Assembly: GCF_009914755.1 (NCBI RefSeq)
Contig: NC_060944.1
From: the human T2T-CHM13v2.0 reference genome, Homo sapiens
Length of the DNA stretch: 64,000 nt
Strand: one strand, 5' to 3'
The notes beneath the pieces were generated by a model. That model made no database searches, had not been told where the DNA came from, and saw only the letters and a program-made list of their open reading frames with translations. The translations under genes and the position numbers were made by a program. Shown in pieces: positions 55,010 to 64,000 of the stretch; positions within the stretch are counted from its first letter, which is position 1; every line of letters begins with the position of its first letter.

Positions 55010-55255
55010 TATAGAGGCAGAACAGCAAAGTGAAGTGATTCAGAACATTGGGAAGACCAGCATGATTCCATTTCTGACTCCGGCATTGGCCACAGGCCCT
55101 TGTGTATGCTCTGCAAACTAGCTGAGCCTCAGTTTACCTTCCATACACGGGGGCACCAGCAGTACCTACCTCACAAGGGTGTTGTAAAGAATAAATGTGA
55201 TAATTCAAGTAAAGGCTTTAGCAAGATGATTGGTTCATAATAAGTGGTAAACACA
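55010..55255 (+). mobile_element. MIR
   Basis: TGAGCCTCAGTTTACC..AGTACCTACCTCACAAGGGTGTTGTAAAGAATAAATGTGATAAT. Confidence 0.8.
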
Positions 55256-55302
55256 TGGTAACTAATAGTAATAATATTGGTGCTAAGGCATTTGTGCTAA
55301 GA

Positions 55303-55476
55303 CAGTGGGGCTCAAATTTGAGTGTGCATCAGAGTCACCTAGAGGGCTTATTAAAACACAGATGGCCTACCCCCCACCCTGCAGAGTTCTGACTCAGGAA
55401 ATCTGGATTTTGCATTTCTAGCAAGCTCCCAGGGAATGCTAATGCTGCTGGCCCTAAAACTGCAGAATGACCACTG
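55303..55476. mobile_element. MER5A (hAT-Charlie)
   Basis: TIRs CAGTGG.../...CCACTG; GCATCAGAGTCACCT..TTGCATTTCTAGCAAGCTCCCAGG. Confidence 0.85.
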
Positions 55477-57519
55477 ACCTAAGGCATTCAGACTCCAGAC
55501 TATTTCTTGGGGCAGGTGAGGACTGCAGTTTGGTCATGGATCAGAGTGAAGGATCAGATGTGGGATTACATCCTTCAACCTTGGGCAATGCTTCTACAGC
55601 CACGATCCTGGTAGCTCAATGCTGGCCCAGTGTTTATCAAGTACAACAAAAATAGGAAGTCCTGTATTTGCTTACATCTACCATTCAACAACTCACAAAA
55701 ACTTTCTATCTTGTTTTTCACATCCTTAACTTTCAAGGAGCAGCTCCCTCGCCTGCTCCAGAGCAAGTATTTCCCCTCCAAGGCATCAGAGGACTGTCAT
55801 CAGCTGCCTCAATTCTGCCTTCCTTTGGCACAGAGCAAGTATCACATCCTCTGTGCCCCCACCAGCTGATTGCAGCTCCTTTGAGGAGTGGAGATTTTAT
55901 TTCACTCTGGCTCCTTTTCAGGAGAGAATCCTCTTCCCTGGATTTTGTCAGAGGAGGGTTTTGGGTAAGCTAAGCAGGCCATGCACAAATACTTGATGGG
56001 AGTGGGGAATGGCTGTGAACCAAATATTTTCATTTCTTCACACTTAACTGAAACAGCTGCCTTCACCTTGGTGACTCATATTCTAATCAAATCCTTAACT
56101 AGCTGTGGACCCTCATCAAATACCATTTGCTTATTTTGGCTTTAACAGTGGGTGGCATCTATCACTTACTGATTGTGACAGACCACTGCTGAGTTCTTCA
56201 CCTGCAACATTTCCTTTTATCTTTCCTAGGAGTCTATGGCCTGAGAAGTGAGGTGGCAAAGATGCTCATACAGCAACTCTAACTGTTTCCAGCCGTTCTA
56301 ATGCCAACACAGACCCATCTGTCTTCTGGTCTTTTGCTGGTGCCCTCTGTCTACCAAACCTGTGGTACTGCAAGCTCTAAAATAGGCCTCCCTGGGCCAA
56401 GAGCAGGGTAAAGAATTACAGAGAATCAGTGGTGGGGCAGAAACAGGGTAGGTGGCAGACAGAAGACAATGAGTAACGTACCTAAGGAAAATTTTAGGAG
56501 ACAAAGGCTATGTCAAGTGCCTAGCCTAATACAGGACTTTCGCTAAGTAACAAAACTAGGGTTTGAAGCCTGGATCATCTGAATCAAATTATAATCATGC
56601 CAATGGAGCATCCCTGCCTTTTAGGAGCCTGCAAAACAGGTTGACATTATCACAAAGCAAATTGTGTGTATAATCAGTATTGTCCTTACACGTATATGAG
56701 TAGATAGAACTATTCAGGTGGGGAAGTGTTCTCTCCTCCATTCTGAGATATTCTGAAATGAAAGGTTAATAGTCAGTTATTTTTGGAAAATATGTACACT
56801 TTTCACTTCGATATCCACTCAGCAATAAGTACAACCATCAGAATTATGCTTTAGCGATTTGGCTTTTCTCTGCCCCCAGCCATACATTTAACCAAGACCA
56901 AAATGTTCACTTTAGTTTCAGAAAGATTTTTTTTCTTTGTAGAACAAAAATGCAAGTGACCTAAAAAGGGAATTGACTTTTAAAAATAATCTTCGTATAT
57001 CTAAGTTTGAAATGTTTAACTCTAAAGTTCAGCATAGGAATGATACATTATCATTTAGTGTAAGAAATTCATCTTTAAAATAAGTGTGTTATTTTAGCAA
57101 TTGCAAAGCTTTATCTTTCTGAAGAACAAATTCTCCCCTTCAGAGGCAGGGTTTTAGTATTAAATTGCCTATAAATGTTCAAATGTGACTTGCAGGTCAA
57201 AAATCACAGTTTAAGTGGATTTGATGGATTTTCAGACATAGTTTATAATGTGATTTCAGGTCACTACTTGTTCCAATTGAAACATCAAGCTAACAGTTAA
57301 TAAAAAGTAATGCAGACGCTTGTCCAATCTGATTGCCTGGTGAATTAGGCTCCTTTTGGAAAATATTCTCATACTCATGGAAGCAAACATGAACTGGCTC
57401 ATTGACGCATTCATGGTTTTCTTTCCATATGTTTGAGTGCCTGCTATGTGACAAGCATTGTGCTTCAAAGATGTTTATATTTTAATTTTGCACTTTGGCA
57501 CAAGACTGATATAATGGGC

Positions 57520-57740
57520 ATCATTGTTGAGAGTGTCTGTCATTTGACCAGCACTTAATGTATCTTATCTCTAAGCTGTACATCAACCCTATTATATTTT
57601 TATTATTATTTCCACTTCATCTTTGTTTAACTGAAGCTCAAAGAAACCAAAAAACTTGATGAACATCACCGAGTTAGTCTGTGGTCAAGTTGTGATTTCA
57701 GCTCAAGTGCATGTCAGGGCAAATACAATATTTTTTTTAG
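57520..57740 (-). mobile_element. MIR, preceded by an L2 tail fragment (~57380-57470)
   Basis: TATTATTATTTCCACTT..AACTGAAGCTCAAAGA; ATATGTTTGAGTGCCTGCTATGTG. Confidence 0.55.
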
Positions 57741-60700
57741 ACTATGTGTGCACTTATTGTCCCTTCTTGACCATCTCTAGGGTTGTCTATGCTGTCACCT
57801 CAGCTGATCACTTGGCAGTAAGAGACATACTGGCTGCTAGTGTTTTAACTTCTGAAAAATCTAATTCTTGAAAACGTGGGGCCAGGTTGAAGAGACAGGG
57901 TCTGATTAAGGCAGATGGCTTCTAGGATGTGTGCCATACTGGCTGAGTTATATCATTCTAGGCTACTAGAATGGTTCATCCTGGGGTTTTCAGACTCATG
58001 CTGTCTTGCAGACACTGGTTGTTCATTAGGGACCACATTATACATCTCAGGTTCAAGAGAGATGACTCTTCCACAGATCTCTTCTATTGTGGGACGTGGA
58101 AGTCTTGCCTGGGTCTAAGGGAATGACCAAATTAGAATAGCAGGATTGAGAAGAAACAATTAAATCTATGGTGTCATGGGACTTGGCAGGACGTAAACAT
58201 AGGAATTCTAGAATATTTTATCAAAGTAAGAATAACCTCTGTAAGGACAAGGACCTGGTCTCACCAATGAACCGGCAAGAACTAGAGACATAGGCAAGCC
58301 CACATTAGGTATTATTTTGTTTTGTTAGGTTTGTTGCTTCAGAGGGAGATTCAAGCTTGGTGCACAGAAACTTCAGGGAAATAATATCCTAGTTTCAAGC
58401 TTATTCCTGGACTGCATCTTGGACTTCAGGGTCTCCATTGAAGAGAATACATGAAACTTTGGGAGAGTAGGCCTCTGACATTCTTAGAGTTATTTCCTGG
58501 GCCTCTGAGATGTTGCAGGGCTTGTTTTAGGGAGAATGTTTTAGTGAAAAGACTTGAGGTCAGGATGACCTGCTGTGACAATCTTCAAACTTAGGAGTCG
58601 TTAAAAGGCTTCTTTGTTGCTTGGTTGGTTGAGGACTTACTGGCCTATGGGATCTGGCTTTTTATGCAAAATCACTAGGGAATTGCAAATTTAGAATTAG
58701 AAGGGGGAGATACTTCAAGTGTATCTTCTTTCAGTACTGAGCTTAATATGTAGAGAACCAAGGCAGCCCACTCACTACCAACAAACATCAGATTTCTCTC
58801 TTGCCTCAGTCAGTCAGTTGGGAATGAGTCTTGAGGAAATGGATTGGGGGATTGAGGGTTAGAGCCATGGTTTACTGCAGTGGTGTGTAGTGTTCATGAA
58901 TAGGCCAGCCCTGAATGTATGGTTTCTGTTTAGAAGTTTGTGAGTAGGTATCAGATCCCCATACATAACACTAGTGAAGCTGAGGAACAAAAAATCCAGT
59001 TCTTACAGAACTGGGGTATCAAGTAGGTAACTGGCCATGGATGTAAATGCAGGAAGCTGGTTATGAGTAAGCCAAGTACACAGCAAGACTTGTGTTTTAC
59101 TCAAGCATGGTGACTAGATCCCATCTCAAGCACCTCCTTTGATCAATGAGTAATGGCTTCTCAGAGCACTCTATTGAGAAGTATTCTGAGGCTCCGTATC
59201 AGCTAAGTGAGAAAGGATGCTGTGCTTGATTAATAATGTCTGTCATAGTCATGAAGTAAGAGAGGAGTGGTGGCACCTGTACCACATATTTGTTATCCCT
59301 ATTAAGCTTTGGAGGCACTGCTGTAGGACTCCGAGGGCATCACTGGCCCCAGAGACTGGACAAAATGAACCCAGATAATGTGAATAAAGTAACCCAGCAA
59401 CCCACTTCTCCGTTGCAGCTGTTTCAAACTATTCCTGTATTTTTCAAGCTCATGAAACTCTGACAATCCTCCATGCTTAAAAGATAACCCCTTTGGCTTT
59501 CCTGAAAGGAAGGAAGCCATGTGTCATGAGTTACCCTGTGTCCCTGCCTCCATCACTCAGTGTCTCTTATCTTCCCCCATCTTTCCTCCCGTGTTTTTCC
59601 ATGACAGAGGATAAAGTGTCCTCCCTCCCCTTCAGGGCAGCTTCTCCATTTTTTTTTTTTTTTTCCAGAGCTTATTACTCATCACTTAAAATAGCTGTTG
59701 TGGGGAAATAAGGTTTGCTTGGAAATGCATTCCTGATCCCAAGAGGCCTCTCCCATACCATCCTGCCCTCCCCTGTGACTGTAACTTACCAGTGGGCATG
59801 ATTTTCACAAATTACTATTTTTCTTTGTTTCAAGTTAATTTTGCTCTGTCATCAAGCTATCAGATTACAGCTCTAATTCTAACTAATTGTGCATGGAATT
59901 TGCATGATTTTGTAAAATACAGACAAAGGAAAGTGGAAATTCGGCTTCCTGGTTCCCACCCCTTGCTGAGCATGTCTCACATAGGCCTGATGCTGTTTAA
60001 TTACATGAGTTGGAGTTCATGGTCAAGTGTAAAGAATGTGGGTATAATGTTGCCATCTAATAGTTCAAAGGAAATACAGCTTAGATCTGTTATTAAAATT
60101 GTGTTCTGATGTATTTGAAGTGTTAACATCTATGCTGAGAACGAGGTCTTGAATATTATATTTTCAGTTTATATTTGAAGTTGAGATTTTGGATTGTGTT
60201 TACGTTTTCTGAACTTGCTTTCTTCCTTAGTTGACCTTATGCAGGGAACAACTTATTAATATTTAAGTACTAATCCCAGTACTGCCTTCCATCAAAAGCA
60301 ACCCACATATCTCATTAGCAACTCACATTAGTATTGATTAAAAAATTTTCTTGCTTACTTTTATAATCTTTATTTAGCTGAGTTGTACAGTATTTGTGAT
60401 ATTTCTATCATCATATATCATCAGTGGAAATATATTTTTTTCATATTTTATATGTATACATGCATTAGTTTTTATACTGTAAGTTGCTCACCTGAAAGTG
60501 GTTTTTAAAAATCATAAGTATTCACAAAGAGGGAAGTAAAAGGTTCAATATCTAAAATCATCCTTTTTAAAGGAACATGACATTCTCCTAAAACAATAGA
60601 AAGTATACTCATTGCATATTTCTTTAAGACAGGGAAAAGGAAACAGTTCTGTTTTTTAAAGATGTGGAGAGAGACAGGGAGCAAGAAAGAACAGAGCCAA

Positions 60701-61003
60701 AAACTACTTCTATTTTTAAGAAAAGAGGGAGAAATTGAATATGCTTTTTACAAGGAGAAGACACAGTATACAGTGGTATGTGTCAGACTTTCAGTAAAAG
60801 CAAGCTTCTTTACTCATATCTAATAAATAATAGACCAGAAAAAAAAGGGCCTGGTCATCTTATTTTATAATGAAATGATAAAATGCAGATAAACTGAACC
60901 TCTGAGTCAAAAATGTATTGGGTTCAAAGGCCATTTTTAGGATAGCTTTGACCTTTCCATAAAGTGTGAAAGGTTCCTGTCTCCCATAAAGTTGTGACCT
61001 TAA

Positions 61004-61436
<433 letters not shown>

Positions 61437-62196
61437 TAGCGAGTCTTGAACATAAGGCATTCTGAGGCCAACATCCCCTTTTGATTTCTAAAGGACTTAT
61501 TGTTACTTCTGGTTTTACAAATTGCAAATTAGGGTCTTAAAAATTTTAGTATTTGATGTTAGTTCACTGAACTCTCTTGTCAGCCAATTCATAAGGAGAA
61601 TTTACTGCCTACCATGTATCTGACAATGAAATGGAGAACCGGTAGAAACAGCCCTTAGTCTCAGTGTTGAGATGAGTGAGTGTTCATTTAGAATGCATTT
61701 CACCAGTACTTCTTCAGTTTGATTGTTAACCCATTTGGTTTCTAAGTCTTAGGAGATATGCAAATGCTGAAGTCCTCAATGTTCTAATGCGGTAAATAGA
61801 TTTTTTTTTCTTTGTTGTTATGTGAGACACCTTAAGTATAGATTGGTGTTAAAACAAGTTTATAATAATGCTATTGATGTGTAAAAACAAGCTTTCTAAA
61901 TGAAAATCAATACCTGGGACAGCTTATAAACTATTCTTCATAATCCCTTTGGGTGGAATTCACAGAGTGGTTGTTTCTTTTTGGTTTAAATGCTAAATCT
62001 GGCCATCTTTGGTTATCAAATGGAATTTGATGATCCAAAATGTATTTACCACATTTGTTGGATCTACTTATGAATCTTTGGAAAAACTAATTGTAGTAAA
62101 ATGGGAAAAGGCTGGGACTTGTCATCTGGGTGAACCTGAACACGGTAAAACCTCCCTGTAGAAAACCTAATTTTTGTAATCTGTAAAATGGAATTG

Positions 62197-63252
62197 AAAT
62201 TATATATATATTTAAATATATAAATTATATATAATTATTATTATATAATTAATATTATATAATTATATATAATATAAATTATAAATAAATTATAAATATA
62301 TAAATGTATAAATTATAAATTATATATAATAATTATATATTTATTATATATAATTTATATAAATACAAATATATAATATATATAATTTAGGTAAATATAC
62401 ATATAATATATTTATATTTATATAAAATTATAAATAAATTATAAATATATAAATATATAAATATATAAATATATAAATTATAAATTTTAAATATATAAAT
62501 TATAAATATATAAATATATAAATAAATTTTATATAACATAAATTATAAATATATAAATATATAAATAAATTTTATATAATATAAATTATAAATATATTAT
62601 ATATAATTTATATTATATGTAATTAAATATATTATATATAATTTATATTATATGTAATTAAATATATTATATAATTATTTAATTATATATTATATATAAT
62701 TTATATTTTATATAATTAAATATATTATATATTTAATTATATAAGTATATTATATATAATTTATATTTTATATAATTAAATATATTAAATATATTATATA
62801 TTTATATTTATATTATATATTATATATTTATATTATATATAATTTATATAATATAATTTATAATGTTTATTATATAAAATTTATTTATATATAATAAATA
62901 TATTATATACAATTTATATTTTATATATTATATATAATTTATATTATATATAATTAAATATATTAAATATTTAATGTATTAAATATATTAAATATAATTT
63001 ATATTATATATAACTTATATATTATAATTTATAAATTATATTATATGTACTTTATATAATTTATATAATATAATATATAATTTATATAATATATCATTTA
63101 CATAATATAATTTATATAATATATAATTTTTATTATATATAATTTATATAATATAATATAATTTTTATTATATATAGTTTATATAATATAATATAATTTT
63201 TATTATATATAATTTATATAACATATACTATATAATTTTTATTATATATATG
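62197..63252. repeat. ~1.05 kb (TA)-rich low-complexity/minisatellite block, quasi-palindromic
   Basis: Almost only A/T; internal tandem units; A-skewed left half and T-skewed right half. Confidence 0.95.
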
Positions 63253-64000
63253 CTGTATATAACTATAGTTATAATTTCCATCAGTTTTGCCCTTCTCTTC
63301 TTCTCCATGTTTAATGTTCCATGGTCTACACACCTCATTGCCCTCCACACAAGTTAGTGTTATCGTATATTGCGATATGTCTGCCATCAAGTGTGTATTC
63401 ATGATATATCCAAGGTAGAAGGCATGTTTTTCTTTTTCCAGGCCTGTGTGGCCAAGAAGCATTTCTGAATCATGTGAATTCATTCTGCAACCTCATCTAC
63501 CAGTGTTCACCCTTCCCCCACTACTGCCCTGAAATTTCACCATTTTAAGTTTATTGCTTTTTGTCTTGTAGTTTCTAACTCTGCGACCAGCGCTCCCCCA
63601 CCCCCAGCCCTGCAACTGCAATGCATTATGATTTCTTTTAAATTTGTTTCAATGCCTGAGCTTGGGGCCCCAAAACTATAGACTGGACTCTTACAGAGCT
63701 GAAGGAGAGAGGGGGAAGCGAAGGAGTTCATCTGGGATAAATAAAAGAAAGGAATGTCAGGGAAGGAGAAGGACCCACAATCACTATCTCACAGATTTAC
63801 GTGGATGTTTTACAATGAGATTAACCATATTTAGAATCCTAGACATTTTATTTTTGCAATCAGTTTTTCTGAAAAGAAAGAATTCTTACTGTTTAGCTGA
63901 AATACAGCTTTTAGCTGTTTTTTTTTTTTGTAATTCAGTAACTTATGTGACGTTTTTATTGATTTCCATTATCTCTCATTGTTTTTAACCTAGTACTAAA

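Overview
Primate genomic DNA (human-like; AluJ, AluS and AluY all present), AT-rich and CpG-poor. I see no credible protein-coding exon, RNA gene or CRISPR array. All ORFs in the track are <=129 aa and are Alu-, L1-, L2- or low-complexity-derived, or of chance length. The window looks like a long intron or gene desert. It contains about 28 Alus, three or four L1 remnants (including a ~4.2 kb L1MA that keeps its 5' UTR but lacks ORF1/EN), ERVL-MaLR/ERVL/ERV1 solo LTRs, MIR/L2/CR1 fragments, MER DNA transposons and several simple repeats. Nearly all clear L1s and LTRs lie on the minus strand, weakly suggesting a plus-strand host transcript. Candidate non-coding plus-strand exons and regulatory patches lie at ~21.7-23.6 kb and ~27.3-28.3 kb. 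The most unusual directly visible signals are: (1) three or four local templated-insertion/duplication scars (3378-3872 copied to 5805-6341; 50212-50333 copied into the L1 at 46203-46619; a 33-bp snap-back insert at 47789; 2548-2634 vs 3239-3324); (2) two Alus sharing a triplicated target site; (3) a possibly spliced L1 retrocopy; (4) a ~1 kb quasi-palindromic AT-rich block. I cannot name the locus and find no solid evidence of a new gene system. Repeat subfamily names are recalled from consensus sequences, not from a search.
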